NCBI GenBank assembly: GCA_050014195.1
Contig: JBEKDT010000007.1
Span: 1-64,000 of the forward strand
DNA length: 64,000 nucleotides
Direction of reading: 5' to 3'
From: Desulfomonilia bacterium
GTDB lineage: Bacteria; Desulfobacterota; Desulfomonilia; UBA1062
Part shown: positions 10,019 through 22,300 of the stretch, in pieces
Numbering within the stretch: the stretch's first letter is position 1
Layout: each line of letters starts with the position of its first letter
Notes under the pieces: model-generated
Told to the model about the DNA's origin: nothing
What the model saw: only the letters and a program-made list of their open reading frames with translations
Database searches by the model: none
Made by a program: the position numbers and the translations under genes

Positions 10019-13000
10019 ATGAGTCTTGAAATAAACTTAAAAAGCCAAGGCCCGGATGAGAAAGGGACACATATGTTGAAAGCCTTGAGGACCAGGCTGC
10101 TTGAAATACCAAGATTGAAAGTCTATGTGTGCAAACGCTCTTCCGATCTTACCGGACCCGGTATTATCTTTTTCCCGATTTTTGATGACATGCTTTTTTG
10201 CGGGCTTGCCGGTTTTGTCACCATAAAGGGCACTATCATTACCACTGGTGATAACGGAGTTCCTGAAAGGATTTCTGCAAGTATCGGTGCCGTCTGCAGC
10301 AATGGCATCAGCAAGTTGGTCTCTGGAAAAATCACTTCCGATGGTTACCTCGAACCAGAGGCACTTCAGACTCTTGAGAATGAGCTCCACTGCCTTAAAC
10401 AGGATACGTGCCTCCAATATGCCTTGTGCTGCGGAAATGGGATGACACACCTGAAGAAACTCTCGGACATACTCTCGGCATTTATTGATAATGAAGATTC
10501 GGTCCTCGAAAAGGAGGCTAAGGAATTCCCATCAGGCGATCTCGAGGTCATCGCCTCGCGCCTGATAGCGCTTAAGGACTTTTCCTGGGGATTGAAAGAA
10601 GATATGCTCAAGAATCAGGAAAAGATCCTTGATCTTGCAGGCCCGAAGGCCCTGGAAGATGACAACTACTACTGCCGTTACCATAAGATCAATTCATGCA
10701 TGAATGCCTTGGACAGGCTCGAGGTGAGGGGCCGCGACTCGGCAGGATTGCAGGTGATGGTACAATTCAAAAGCGGCCAGGCTATGACTTCCCTGAGGCA
10801 TACACTCGGCCAGCAGGGCCTTTTTCATGAATTTCTCAAAAGGTGCCATCCAAGTGACCTGCTGGGCGGCTCCATTCATCTTTCGGATACTATGATCATT
10901 TTCACCTACAAGACGGCCCAGATCACCGGCCAACTTGGAGAAAACACCTCCAAGCTCAGGAATCACATCAAGAACGATGGTATTCTCAAGGCGGCACTCT
11001 GTCTGGATACCATATCAGATACATATCTCACCCACACCAGATGGGCATCCGTAGGCGCTATCAACGAGATCAATTGCCATCCGGTCAACAACCACACCAT
11101 CGACATCCCGCCCGTTGAAATTCACGGTATACCCATGGTACTCAAAACATATCCATTTTATGGAGAAGGCGCCTGGACCGTCAATGCGGCCCTGAACGGC
11201 GATATCGATAATTACCATCTCATCAAGGGCTCCATCGAGACGGGTAAGAAAGTCGCTGATCCGAATGTGACCACCGACACCAAGGTAATTCCCCTTCAGA
11301 TTGAACGATACCTCTTCGATGGACATGACCTGAAAGAGGCCTTCCGCAGGGCTGTAAACGATTTTCAAGGATCGCACGCCATTGCCGTTGAGAGTAATCT
11401 GGAGCCGGGCAAGATATTTCTTTCACTGAAAGGAAGCGGCCAGACTATCTATGTAGGACTCCTGCAAAATGGTTACATGTTTGCATCCGAGGTCTACGGC
11501 CTGGTTGAAGAAACCCCGCACTTCATCAAGATGGATGGAGAGTCATTCCGGGACCCCGGCAATCCCCACACCCAGGGCCAGATCTTCATCCTGAACAACG
11601 ACAAAGGCCCGGGGATTAAGGGAATTGAGGCATTGTCTTATGACGGGTACCCTCTTGATCTGACTGAAAAGGATGTCAGCCATGCGCAGATCACCACCCG
11701 TGATATCAACCGTGGTGAGCACCCTCACTTCCTGATAAAAGAGATCCTGGAGGCACCCCAGTCCATTCATAAGACCCTGCTGGGCAAGTACCGAATCACC
11801 GGCAAGAAAGAGGTCATATTCAACCTGGATGAAGGTGTGATCTCGAAGCGGACACGCGAATACCTAAGCCAGGGCAAAATACGGAATATCTATGTGGTGG
11901 GGCAGGGCACTGCGGCTGTGGCTGCCTATGCCGTTGCCGAGGCCGTATCGGCTTACCTCAAGGCCTCACCCATCAGTGTCCAGGCCAGAAAGGCAACGGA
12001 TTTAAGCGGGTTTTTGCTTGATGACGACATGTCGGATACGATAGTGATCGCCATCACCCAGTCAGGAACAACCACGGATACAAACAGGGCTGTTACCATG
12101 GCCAGACAGCGAGGCGCCCATCTCATAGCCATTGTAAACCGCAGGCAATCGGACATCACCACCAAAGTGGACGGTGTTTTTTATACGAGCGATGGGCGGG
12201 ACATCGAGATGTCCGTTGCCTCCACCAAAGCCTTCTACTCCCAGATTGTAGCAGGTTTTGTGATAGCACTCTTCTTCGCCAAACTTTTGAGGACCCTTCC
12301 CGACGAACTGATAGCGCATGATCTCATGGAGCTGGAAAAGGCCCCGGAACTTATGCAAAAAGTCATCAAGCAAAGGGAGTCCATCCGTACAACCGCATGG
12401 CACCTGGTCCGGAAGAAACAACACTGGGCCGTAGTAGGCAGCGGGATCAACAAGGTAGCCTCCGATGAGATCCGCATCAAGCTCTCTGAGCTGTGCTATA
12501 AGACCATCTCTTCCGACATAATAGAGGACAAGAAGCATATCGACCTCTCGTCCGAACCGCTGATCCTGGTTTGCGCTGCAGGCAGCCCTGAGATCGTGCT
12601 TGAAGACATTGTGAAAGACGTGGCCATATTCAAGGCCCATTCTGCAAGCGTGGTAGTCATAACCGATGAAGGGGAGCATCGGTTCGATACTGTTTCCGAC
12701 GAGGTCATCCATGTCCCTGCCGCAAACTTCCCCCTTTGTGTAATCTTCAATACGCTGGCAGGGCATATCTGGGGCTACTATGCAGCGTGCAGTCTTGATG
12801 ACCTTGCACGGTCCATGAAGGCATTCAGGACACGCCTTGCGGAAGTCGCCAAAGAACAGGAGAAGAAGGAATATACCATCTATGAAAGCATTCAGGATAG
12901 GGAACTCCACCGGATCGTAGATGAATTTGCCAATGAGTTTAATGCATGGAGAACACATGGTGAGCTGACCTCGCTCAGTGTGGAGGTTGCCTCGGACATC

Positions 13001-13780
13001 TTATTGCTGCTGAAATATGCAAAGGGAAAGCTCCCGGTGGAAGACTTCTGGGTGGAGTTCGAAAACAAACGTGATTCCTCATCCCCTATCGATATGCTGG
13101 ACATCACCCTGAAGCGGGCTATTGACGAGCTTTCACGGCCTGTGGATGCCATACGCCATCAAGCCAAGACCGTTACGGTCGGCACGAGCAGAAAGGCCGA
13201 AGTCCCGCATGGTCCTATCTTCGATGTATTCGGTGATCTTGGTTTTTCGATGGAGAGTGTCCGTGCCAAAGATGTGATTACTCTCAAAAGGCTTCAGAAT
13301 GCACTTTTGAATGTCAACGGATATACCCTGTATGAGGTTGACGGCCTCGATGGACAAGGAATACCTACAGACGTCTCGACGCTGACAATTGTCTCCCGGC
13401 ATGGTGTGGCAACGTCCATGCGTTCCCGCTTTGACAAACCGGCCCCGCTTATGGGTACCAAGAATACCATTGTAAGAACCGGAAAGGTGTATGCGGGCAT
13501 CGGAAGGTCCGATAACGCCCCCATCATCATTGTCCCTCTCTTCGGACAGCAGCGCATCATTACCCATCTGCTTTTGCTTCATGTGGACTTTGACGAGGCC
13601 TTGGGCATTGATCAGAAGAAGGAAGTTATGGGAGTCAAACTCAACGATATCACAAATCTTATCAATGAATACAACATACCTTGGAAAGATGAATTTCTAG
13701 AGGCATTGTCACTGAAGTACCTCCTCGGTGAAGATGTCGAGGTCATAGCAGAAAAAATCAGGCATTCCCTCGAAGGGTAG
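10019..13780 (+). CDS. glmS: Oversized GlmS-like glutamine:fructose-6-phosphate amidotransferase (class II GATase + 2 SIS domains, with large insertions and extensions)
   Basis: CGLAG, LEVRGRDSAG, HTRWAS, NGDIDNY, TDTKVI, QSGTTTDT, VASTKAF, KLSELCY, AKTVTV. About twice the usual ~610 aa. Start uncertain (10019, 10073 or 10190). Confidence 0.8.
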   Translation: MSLEINLKSQGPDEKGTHMLKALRTRLLEIPRLKVYVCKRSSDLTGPGIIFFPIFDDMLFCGLAGFVTIKGTIITTGDNGVPERISASIGAVCSNGISKLVSGKITSDGYLEPEALQTLENELHCLKQDTCLQYALCCGNGMTHLKKLSDILSAFIDNEDSVLEKEAKEFPSGDLEVIASRLIALKDFSWGLKEDMLKNQEKILDLAGPKALEDDNYYCRYHKINSCMNALDRLEVRGRDSAGLQVMVQFKSGQAMTSLRHTLGQQGLFHEFLKRCHPSDLLGGSIHLSDTMIIFTYKTAQITGQLGENTSKLRNHIKNDGILKAALCLDTISDTYLTHTRWASVGAINEINCHPVNNHTIDIPPVEIHGIPMVLKTYPFYGEGAWTVNAALNGDIDNYHLIKGSIETGKKVADPNVTTDTKVIPLQIERYLFDGHDLKEAFRRAVNDFQGSHAIAVESNLEPGKIFLSLKGSGQTIYVGLLQNGYMFASEVYGLVEETPHFIKMDGESFRDPGNPHTQGQIFILNNDKGPGIKGIEALSYDGYPLDLTEKDVSHAQITTRDINRGEHPHFLIKEILEAPQSIHKTLLGKYRITGKKEVIFNLDEGVISKRTREYLSQGKIRNIYVVGQGTAAVAAYAVAEAVSAYLKASPISVQARKATDLSGFLLDDDMSDTIVIAITQSGTTTDTNRAVTMARQRGAHLIAIVNRRQSDITTKVDGVFYTSDGRDIEMSVASTKAFYSQIVAGFVIALFFAKLLRTLPDELIAHDLMELEKAPELMQKVIKQRESIRTTAWHLVRKKQHWAVVGSGINKVASDEIRIKLSELCYKTISSDIIEDKKHIDLSSEPLILVCAAGSPEIVLEDIVKDVAIFKAHSASVVVITDEGEHRFDTVSDEVIHVPAANFPLCVIFNTLAGHIWGYYAACSLDDLARSMKAFRTRLAEVAKEQEKKEYTIYESIQDRELHRIVDEFANEFNAWRTHGELTSLSVEVASDILLLLKYAKGKLPVEDFWVEFENKRDSSSPIDMLDITLKRAIDELSRPVDAIRHQAKTVTVGTSRKAEVPHGPIFDVFGDLGFSMESVRAKDVITLKRLQNALLNVNGYTLYEVDGLDGQGIPTDVSTLTIVSRHGVATSMRSRFDKPAPLMGTKNTIVRTGKVYAGIGRSDNAPIIIVPLFGQQRIITHLLLLHVDFDEALGIDQKKEVMGVKLNDITNLINEYNIPWKDEFLEALSLKYLLGEDVEVIAEKIRHSLEG

Positions 13781-13845
13781 ACAGGAACCGTCCGATCATG
13801 ATACCTGGTCAGGACGGTTACGAGCGACTAGATTTAAGGTAAAAC

Positions 13846-16800
13846 ATGCCCAAGCGAACAGACCTTAAGAAGATACTCATCATAGGCTCCGGTCCTATTG
13901 TCATATCCCAGGCGTGTGAATTCGACTACTCCGGGGTACAGGCCTGCAAGGCCCTCAAGGAAGAGGGCTATTCGGTTGTCCTCATCAACTCAAACCCCGC
14001 TACTATCATGACAGACCCCGGCATGTCCGACAGGACCTATATAGAACCCATTACCCCGGAGATAGTGGAACTTATCATAGCAAAGGAAAGACCGGATGCA
14101 ATATTGCCGACCTTGGGAGGTCAGACAGGTCTGAACGTGTCGGTTGAGCTTGCCTCCCGCGGGGTACTCGATAAATATGGTGTGGAGATGATCGGGGCAA
14201 AACCTGATGTGATCCATAAGGCAGAAGACCGCGAGCTTTTCCGCAAGGCCATGGAAAATATCGGGTTGAGGGTGCCGAAGAGCGGATTCATACGCAGTGC
14301 AGACAACGTTTATCCCAGGGACGATGTCTATGCCATCGCAGAGAGAATCGGGTATCCCATCATTATACGGCCTTCATTTACCCTGGGGGGTATCGGCGGC
14401 GGTATTGCCTATAACCCTGAAGACCTAGACCGTATTGCGAAAACCGGCCTTGATGCCAGTATGATCCGTGAGATCATGATGGAGGAATCGGTCATCGGAT
14501 GGAAGGAATTCGAACTCGAGGTGATGCGGGACAAGGCCGACAATGTAGTGATCATCTGCTCCATAGAAAATGTAGATGCCATGGGGATCCACACCGGAGA
14601 CTCAATCACCGTGGCACCTGCCCAGACGCTCACCGATATGGAGTACCAGCGACTGCGTAACGCATCCATAGCCATCATGAGAGAGATCGGCGTAGAGACG
14701 GGCGGATCGAACGTACAATTTGCCGTCAACCCTGAAGACGGAGAACTTGTAGTCATTGAGATGAATCCGAGGGTCTCAAGGTCGTCCGCCTTGGCATCCA
14801 AGGCTACGGGTTTCCCAATAGCCAAGATCGCAGCCAAACTGGCCGTGGGTTATACCTTGGACGAGATCCCCAATGATATAACCAAGGAGACTTTTGCCTC
14901 CTTTGAACCCAGCATTGATTACTGCGTAGTCAAGATTCCCAGGTGGACCTTTGAGAAATTTCCCGAGACAGAGGACTTGCTCACCACATCCATGAAATCC
15001 GTGGGTGAGACCATGGCCATCGGCAGGACCTTCAAAGAAGCCCTCAACAAGGCTGTCCGCTCCCTGGAGATAGGGCAGTTCGGCCTGGGAGGGATGCTCA
15101 TGAAGGTGCCTCCAGAAGAAAAGAAACAACTCGTCACCGGGCTCACCTATCCCAATTCCAAACGATTGTTCTGGATAGCAGCCGCCTTTCGTTCCGGCTG
15201 GACTATCGATGATGTCGCCAGGCTCACAAAGATCGATCCGTGGTTCCTGTACCACATTAAAGAACTTGTAGATGCTGAAGCCGAGATCGCATCAAGTACG
15301 CCTGACAGACGTAGTTTGTACGAGGCCAAGAGACTCGGTTTCTCCGACCGTTATCTTGCACATTTATGGGGTACAAGCGAGAAGGTCATCCGGGATCTCA
15401 GGTATGAACATGGGGTGCTGCCGGTCTATAAACTTGTTGACACCTGTGCCGCCGAGTTCGAGGCATATACCCCTTATTACTACTCCACCTATGAAGAAGA
15501 GGACGAGTCGAATCCGTCATCAAGCCCCAAAGTGATCATTCTGGGCGGGGGTCCCAACAGGATCGGTCAGGGCATTGAGTTCGACTACTGCTGTGTCCAT
15601 GCATCCTTCGCGCTCAGGGAGATGGGCTATGAAAGCATCATGATCAACTCCAACCCCGAGACGGTGAGTACTGATTACGACATATCGGACAAGCTCTTTT
15701 TTGAACCGCTCACCCTTGAGGATGTATTGCACGTGGTTAAAAGAGAAAAGCCCGAAGGGGTGATCGTTCAGTTCGGCGGTCAGACCCCGCTTAACCTTGC
15801 CAAGGGGCTCTTTGCAGCCGGAGTGCCCATCCTTGGTACATCTCCTGATGCCATTGACCGGGCTGAGGACCGGCAGCGTTTTCTTGAAATTGTGAACAAG
15901 TTGGACCTGAAACAGCCGGCCAGTGGGACCGTGGTCAGCGTAGATGATGCATTAAAGGTCGCGTCCCGGATCGGCTACCCGGTTCTCGTAAGGCCTTCAT
16001 ATGTCCTTGGCGGACGGTCCATGGAGATCATCTATGACCCTGATACCCTCAAGACCTTTATGGCGCAGGTGCTTGAGCTCTTCCCGGATAACCAGATCCT
16101 CATCGATAAATTTCTGGAAGACGCCATTGAGGTGGATGTTGATACTTTAAGTGACGGAAAGTCCAGCATTATCTGCGGCATCATGGAGCATATCGAGGAA
16201 GCGGGCATCCATTCCGGAGATTCTGCCTGTGTTCTTCCTCCCATAAGCCTTCCGAGAAAGATCATCCAACTCATTGAGAGACAAACAAAGATGATAGCCT
16301 CCGAGCTTGGCGTGGTTGGCCTCATGAACATCCAGTATGCAATAAAGGACGGCGAAGTATACGTATTGGAGGTCAATCCGAGGGCTTCGCGGACCGTACC
16401 CTTTGTAAGCAAGGCCATCGGCGTACCCATTGCCAAGCTTGCCACCAAGGTGATGCTTGGTCACAGTTTGAAAAGCCTTGGCTTTACAAAGAAGATTATA
16501 CCTGCACATGTCTCGGTCAAGGAATCGGTATTCCCATTCAAGAGATTCCCCAACATCAACATCGCGCTAGGCCCTGAGATGAAGTCAACAGGCGAGGTTA
16601 TGGGCATTGATACGTCATTTGAGCTGGCATTTGCCAAATCCCAACTTGCAGCCGGAGCCGAGCTGCCCACATCAGGGGCCGTGTTTATCAGTGTTCACGA
16701 TTTTTACAAGGAACGGATCGTACCGGTAGCGCACTCTTTTGTAGCTCTCGGGTTCAGTATTTTGTCTACTACCGGCACTGCAGCACATCTGAATGCCCAT

Positions 16801-17064
16801 GGAGTGGATGTAAAGACGGTTCTCAAGGTGAGCGAAGGCAGACCTAATGTAGTGGATTATATCAAGAATGGTCATATTCAGCTCGTCATAAACACGAGTA
16901 TTGGAAGACGTCCTTCGGAAGATGCATACCATCTCCGCCAGAGCGCTATTAGATATAACATCCCATACTCCACTACTATTGCTGCGTCCAAGGCCATGAC
17001 CGAGGCCATCAGGGCACTTCAGCACAAGCAGCTGCAGGTCTGTGCCCTGCAGGATTATTATTGA
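13846..17064 (+). CDS. carB: Carbamoyl-phosphate synthase large subunit
   Basis: MPKRTD start, [53 protein letters not shown]-terminal MGS domain. Confidence 0.98.
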   Translation: MPKRTDLKKILIIGSGPIVISQACEFDYSGVQACKALKEEGYSVVLINSNPATIMTDPGMSDRTYIEPITPEIVELIIAKERPDAILPTLGGQTGLNVSVELASRGVLDKYGVEMIGAKPDVIHKAEDRELFRKAMENIGLRVPKSGFIRSADNVYPRDDVYAIAERIGYPIIIRPSFTLGGIGGGIAYNPEDLDRIAKTGLDASMIREIMMEESVIGWKEFELEVMRDKADNVVIICSIENVDAMGIHTGDSITVAPAQTLTDMEYQRLRNASIAIMREIGVETGGSNVQFAVNPEDGELVVIEMNPRVSRSSALASKATGFPIAKIAAKLAVGYTLDEIPNDITKETFASFEPSIDYCVVKIPRWTFEKFPETEDLLTTSMKSVGETMAIGRTFKEALNKAVRSLEIGQFGLGGMLMKVPPEEKKQLVTGLTYPNSKRLFWIAAAFRSGWTIDDVARLTKIDPWFLYHIKELVDAEAEIASSTPDRRSLYEAKRLGFSDRYLAHLWGTSEKVIRDLRYEHGVLPVYKLVDTCAAEFEAYTPYYYSTYEEEDESNPSSSPKVIILGGGPNRIGQGIEFDYCCVHASFALREMGYESIMINSNPETVSTDYDISDKLFFEPLTLEDVLHVVKREKPEGVIVQFGGQTPLNLAKGLFAAGVPILGTSPDAIDRAEDRQRFLEIVNKLDLKQPASGTVVSVDDALKVASRIGYPVLVRPSYVLGGRSMEIIYDPDTLKTFMAQVLELFPDNQILIDKFLEDAIEVDVDTLSDGKSSIICGIMEHIEEAGIHSGDSACVLPPISLPRKIIQLIERQTKMIASELGVVGLMNIQYAIKDGEVYVLEVNPRASRTVPFVSKAIGVPIAKLATKVMLGHSLKSLGFTKKIIPAHVSVKESVFPFKRFPNINIALGPEMKSTGEVMGIDTSFELAFAKSQLAAGAELPTSGAVFISVHDFYKERIVPVAHSFVALGFSILSTTGTAAHLNAHGVDVKTVLKVSEGRPNVVDYIKNGHIQLVINTSIGRRPSEDAYHLRQSAIRYNIPYSTTIAASKAMTEAIRALQHKQLQVCALQDYY

Positions 17065-17117
17065 TCACAGGGGGCTTAAAGAGTTGGCGGGTGTTTAAAA
17101 ATATACCGGCTCCTTTC

Positions 17118-17146
17118 TTGACACATAAGAATCTATAGAATAGATT
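17118..17146 (+). promoter_or_regulatory. sigma70-type promoter of pyrG
   Basis: TTGACA-17 bp-TAGATT, ending 11 bp before the ATG. Confidence 0.6.
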
Positions 17147-17157
17147 AGGGACAGAAG

Positions 17158-18777
17158 ATGGCAACGAACAAATCCACCAAGTATATTTTTATAACCGGTG
17201 GAGTGTTGTCTTCTCTTGGTAAAGGTCTTGCCGCCGCCTCCATAGGAGCCATTATGGAGGCCAGGGGACTCAAGGTCTGCAACATTAAACTCGACCCTTA
17301 CATCAACGTCGATCCCGGCACTATGAGTCCATTCCAGCACGGCGAGGTCTTTGTCACTGACGATGGCGCAGAGACCGATTTGGACCTTGGCCATTACGAA
17401 CGGTTCACCTCAAGCGTCCTTACCGCAAAAAACAACTTTACCACCGGCCAGATCTATGACTCGGTGATCCAGAAGGAGCGAAACGGTGAATATTTGGGCA
17501 AGACCGTCCAGGTGATCCCTCATATTACCGACGAAATCAAGGATCGGATCAAACAGTCCGCTGCCGGCAATGATATTGCCATCGTGGAGATCGGCGGGAC
17601 CGTGGGAGACATCGAGTCCTTACCGTTTTTAGAGGCCATACGGCAATTCGGATTCGACATGGGAAAGGCAAACGTGCTCTATATTCATCTCACCCTCGTC
17701 CCCTATATCGCCACGGCGGGTGAGCTCAAATCAAAGCCTACCCAGCACTCTGTCCAAAAGCTCAGGGAGATCGGAATTCAGCCCCAGATCCTCCTGTGCC
17801 GGTCAGAAAGAATGCTGAGCAACGAACTTAAAGAAAAAATCGCACTTTTCTGCAATGTGGAAAAGAATGCGGTAATTAATGCAATCGATGTTGAAAGTAT
17901 ATACCAGGTGCCTATCGGGTTCCACAGAGAAGGGCTCGACGATAGAATTATTGAATACCTCAACATGTGGACCAGAGAACCCCGGATGCATGGCTGGGAA
18001 CAGCTCCTTGAGAGGATTCAAAACAGAACAGAGGTGGTAAACATTGCTGTGGTAGGCAAATATGTGAAGCTCACTGACTCCTATAAGAGTCTGAACGAAG
18101 CACTTGAACACGGCGGGATATTTAACAACACAAAGGTGAACAGGATCTTTGTGGATGCTGATGAACTTGTCGGAAAGGATGATATATCAACATACTTCGC
18201 CGGTATTGACGGAATCCTCATCCCAGGAGGCTTCGGCGAGCGGGGAACCGAGGGAAAGATCCTTGCCGCCGGATATGCCAGGGCGCACAACATGCCATTC
18301 TTCGGCATATGCCTCGGCATGCAGCTTGCCGTGGCGGAATTTGCGAGAAACATCTGCGGATTGAAGGGGGCGAACAGCACTGAGTTCGACCCAAAAACAG
18401 CAGCACCCGTCATCGATTTCCTGCCTGAACAGAGAAACATCATCCGCAAGGGTGGCACCATGAGGCTCGGCGCATACCGATGTGCTATAACTCCGGGAAC
18501 AAAGGCCATGCATGCATACGGATCACCCGAGATCTTCGAGCGGCACCGGCACCGCTATGAATTTAACCCGGTTTATGAAAAGCAGCTTACAGATGCGGGC
18601 CTCATAATCAGCGGGCGAAACCCAGATACGGCACTCGTTGAGATCATCGAGTTGCCGGACCACCCCTGGTTCCTCGGCTGCCAGTTCCACCCTGAGTTCA
18701 AATCAAAGCCCATGCAGCCGCATCCATTATTCAGGGATTTCATCGAGGCAAGTCTGGAATACCGGAAAAGCAAGTGA
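17158..18777 (+). CDS. pyrG: CTP synthase
   Basis: [62 protein letters not shown]. Confidence 0.98.
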   Translation: MATNKSTKYIFITGGVLSSLGKGLAAASIGAIMEARGLKVCNIKLDPYINVDPGTMSPFQHGEVFVTDDGAETDLDLGHYERFTSSVLTAKNNFTTGQIYDSVIQKERNGEYLGKTVQVIPHITDEIKDRIKQSAAGNDIAIVEIGGTVGDIESLPFLEAIRQFGFDMGKANVLYIHLTLVPYIATAGELKSKPTQHSVQKLREIGIQPQILLCRSERMLSNELKEKIALFCNVEKNAVINAIDVESIYQVPIGFHREGLDDRIIEYLNMWTREPRMHGWEQLLERIQNRTEVVNIAVVGKYVKLTDSYKSLNEALEHGGIFNNTKVNRIFVDADELVGKDDISTYFAGIDGILIPGGFGERGTEGKILAAGYARAHNMPFFGICLGMQLAVAEFARNICGLKGANSTEFDPKTAAPVIDFLPEQRNIIRKGGTMRLGAYRCAITPGTKAMHAYGSPEIFERHRHRYEFNPVYEKQLTDAGLIISGRNPDTALVEIIELPDHPWFLGCQFHPEFKSKPMQPHPLFRDFIEASLEYRKSK

Positions 18778-18934
18778 TCAGCAGGAGTGACCAGTGAATG
18801 GTTTCTTGATGCCGGTGATCAGTGACCAGAAAAACCATAACTATTGAAAACAAAGGAATATTTGGGAGATTGCTCTCCTCTGAAGCAAGAGGGAAAAGCA
18901 TTGAACCCTGGGAGAAGGGAACCCATATCAAAAA

Positions 18935-19135
18935 CTACAAGATATGAATATCTCCGGACTTTTTCTTTCCCTTCTTTCCCCTGGGCTGTTTTTCCTCTTT
19001 TTTCTCCTCTACCTTGACCCGGATGGTGAGGTCTCTCGTGTAGTCGGGGCAGTGAACACCATTACCCTGCATGAATTTCTTGTTGCAGTCACCCCTCCAG
19101 GCGCAGATAGCACATAATGTCCTGTCCATTGACAT
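18935..19135 (-). CDS. Small Cys-rich hypothetical protein (putative metal-binding, basic tail)
   Basis: CxxC-x4-C...HCPDYTRD motif and Lys-rich C-terminus. TTGACT-16-TATTAT promoter-like sequence upstream at 19146-19173. Confidence 0.65.
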   Translation of the reverse strand: MSMDRTLCAICAWRGDCNKKFMQGNGVHCPDYTRDLTIRVKVEEKKEEKQPRGKKGKKKSGDIHIL

Positions 19136-19376
19136 AGTTGTTATAATAATAGCATTGTTAATTTCTAAGTCAATGCCTTTGTAGTAAAATCCCAGTAATC
19201 AGTGAACAGTGGTCAGAAAGTGAAAGTAATAAAAAAAACAGAGAACCAATCATTTATTCAGTATTTACACGGATGATATTTTGTGGTCTGTACAAGGCCT
19301 GTTCCATATCGGCAAACCGGCATGTATAAGAAAAGACAAACAGAACCATTCCCAAGGGAGAGGGGTTATTCCAAAG

Positions 19377-22300
19377 ATGCTTAGACGATCATTTGTAAAT
19401 ATCTTTGCTGTGTGGCTAATAATATTCATTTTTGCCGATACCGGCGAGCCCTTTGCCCAGGAATGGGCCCCTCTTGATAAAACAGCAGTCATAGAACAAG
19501 TCGAGACGGTTACAACTGATAAATACCCTGATGCCGATGTGGTAGTGGTAGACCAGCAGACCTGGACGAAATACCGGCAAGATGGGACATATGGAGAATG
19601 GTTTGAGCAATATATCAAGGTACTCACAGAAAAGGGCAAGCGCCGATTTCGCACCCTCACCTCATCATTTAACATACCGTACAACACTACGAAATTTACC
19701 CTTGTGGAGGTCATTTCACAAGACGGGACATCACACAAAGTGGATATCGAGAAAAACAGCCGTGTGATGGTGGATTCCTCCCAGATGGCATCGAATATCT
19801 ATGACCCCAATAATAAGATGCTCCAGGTGAGCATTCCTGAACTTAATATAGGCGATACCGTTCATTTCATCACCTATGACGACTTCGTGAAGGCCCGCAT
19901 GTCGGGTGAATGGAGCGACTTCATCAACTTTGAAGAGACTGATCCTATCAAATCATCCAGATTGACGATTATTGCCCCTAAAGCGAAGCCTTTGAAAAGT
20001 ATTGCACTGAAGAGTGAAATTCCAGGTACCGTGACCTTTGTGAAAATACTTGAAGCAGATGACATCATCTATAAATGGGCTGCCAAAGACGTACCAAGGG
20101 CCTTTGAAGAACCTGAAATGCCGCCCCTGTATACCCAGGCCCAACGTCTCCTTGTGAGCACTATCCCCGACTGGAATACCATATCGCGCTGGTACTGGAA
20201 CCTATCCAAACCCCATCTCGGAAAAACCACTCCTGAGATGCGCAGGATAGTTAAACAACTTGTAAAAGGGAAAATGAACAGACAAGAAAAGATAGAGGCC
20301 ATTTTCTTCTGGGTATCCCAAAAAGTACGCTACCTCGGGATTACAACAGAGACAGAGGCACCCGGGTATGAGCCTCATAACGTCTCCATGACCTGTGATC
20401 GTAGGGCAGGGGTATGCCGTGATAAGGCCGCCCTCTTGGTCGCCATGTTGAGGCTTGCCGGGTTTAAAGCCTATCCGGTGCTCATCATGAACGGCCCCAA
20501 AAAAGACCCGGAGGTGCCCCAACCATATTTCAACCATGCCATAGTCTGTGTGAAAAACAAGAATGGATCTTATCTTCTCATGGATCCTACGAATGAGAAC
20601 ACCAAGGAGCTGTTCCCTGCATACCTGAACAACCAGAGTTACCTTGTTGCCACGCCTAAAGGTGAGACACTTCGCACGAGCCCTATAACACCGGCTGATA
20701 AGAACATGCTCCGCATCTCCACTTCAGGAAAGCTTGATACAAAGGGGACTCTCACTGCCAAAACCTCACTTGTCTTCGATGGTATCAACGATAATGCCTA
20801 TCGCGGCTATTTCTCCGGAATTACTGAGGATGATCGGAAGGCCTATTTTGAGAGGATGCTCAGGAGGGTGCTACCGGGTGCCGACCTTCATGAGCTTGTT
20901 ATCAAGCCGGACAATATGCAGGATACCTCCAAACCCCTCCAGGCTGACTTCAGCTATTCTGCGAAGGATTATCCGATCCATGGCACTGATGTAACAATAC
21001 TGCCTGTCTTCAGGTTCGGCGATACGATCGGGGTCGCCAACTTTGTCATCGGCAGGCTGGGGCTTAAGGAGAGGAAATATACCTATATGACCGATACAGC
21101 CTGCGGCATTGAAGAGGATGTAAACATAGATCTCGATCCATCCCTGGGCAAGCCTCAGAGTGCTCCTGTGAAAGAGTCAGCCTCTGATGACGGATCCTCA
21201 TGGGCCAGGTCTCTTGATGTGAAAGATGGGATCATGAGGGGAAAGAACATCTTCATGTTGAAGCTCACGGAGTATTCCCCTGAGCAGTACAAACGCCTTC
21301 AGGATACCCTCAAAAAGGTGGAAAAGGCAAACCGCTTCATGCCGGTCTTCGCCACTGAGCAGGGAACCGGTATGACATCGGGTCAGCCCTGGTACGCATC
21401 ATACAGGCCTGATGCGGTTATTTTGGATGAAGACATTTCTATCGATATCATAGATAAGTCCTCCTATATCGAGACAGTACATAAAAAGATCAAAGTTCTT
21501 ACGTATGCCGGCAAGAAGAAGCACTCTGAGCTCTATTTTTCTTTCAACCCGGTGTGGGAGGATATCCAGATCAAGAAGGTCTCAGTGACATCGCCTGAGG
21601 GCCAGACCAAGGAGATCGACCCCAAAGAGGTCAATGTGATGGATCAAGAGTGGGTTGGAAAAGCCCCGCGATATCCTGCCGGTAAGGTCATGGTGGCAAG
21701 CCTGCCGGGCCTTCAGGAGGGAAGTATTATTGAATATGAGTATATCCGTAAGAAGAAAGATACCTGGCCTTTCCTCATCGAACGCGAATTCCAAGGTGAG
21801 GACCCCATCGATAAAAAACAGTTGCAAATCAGTTTTCCGGACACAATCGACCTGAAAGTTGCAAAGGCTGACAACGGCTTTTATCCGGAGAGTTCATGGA
21901 AACATTTTCCAAAGGAGTTCTTAAGCGAGATCAGAAGCAGGAAGGATAACAGGAATGTTTTTGAATTTAGTGTGAATCATGTACCGCCTATAAAGCACGA
22001 GGACTTCCTGCCGCCGGATTACAGCTACATGCCGACGGTCTTTGCAACCATGGCACAGACAAAAGAATATGCCAAAGTGGTCTTGGATGTGTTTGAGAAG
22101 GCATCTTCTTCACAAGGAGAATCTGAGAAAAAGGCGCGTGCGATTACAAAAGATACGACTTCAAGTGATCAGAAGGTGATTGCCATAAGAGATTATGTGG
22201 CGAAGAACGTCAAGGCCGTGAACATCACCTTCGCTCAGTTACCCTTAAGCCTGATCAGCCCTGCGGATGTCACCCTTGCCGCCGGTTACGGAAACAGCGC

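Noticed and set aside
13786-13819. Hairpin between the glmS-like gene and carB as a riboswitch or ribozyme
   Set aside because: It is a simple stem-loop without a U-tract or recognisable aptamer, and lies downstream rather than upstream of glmS.
19311-19370. GGCAAAC as a c-di-GMP-I riboswitch start
   Set aside because: The GNRA-capped stem and second hairpin are not present.
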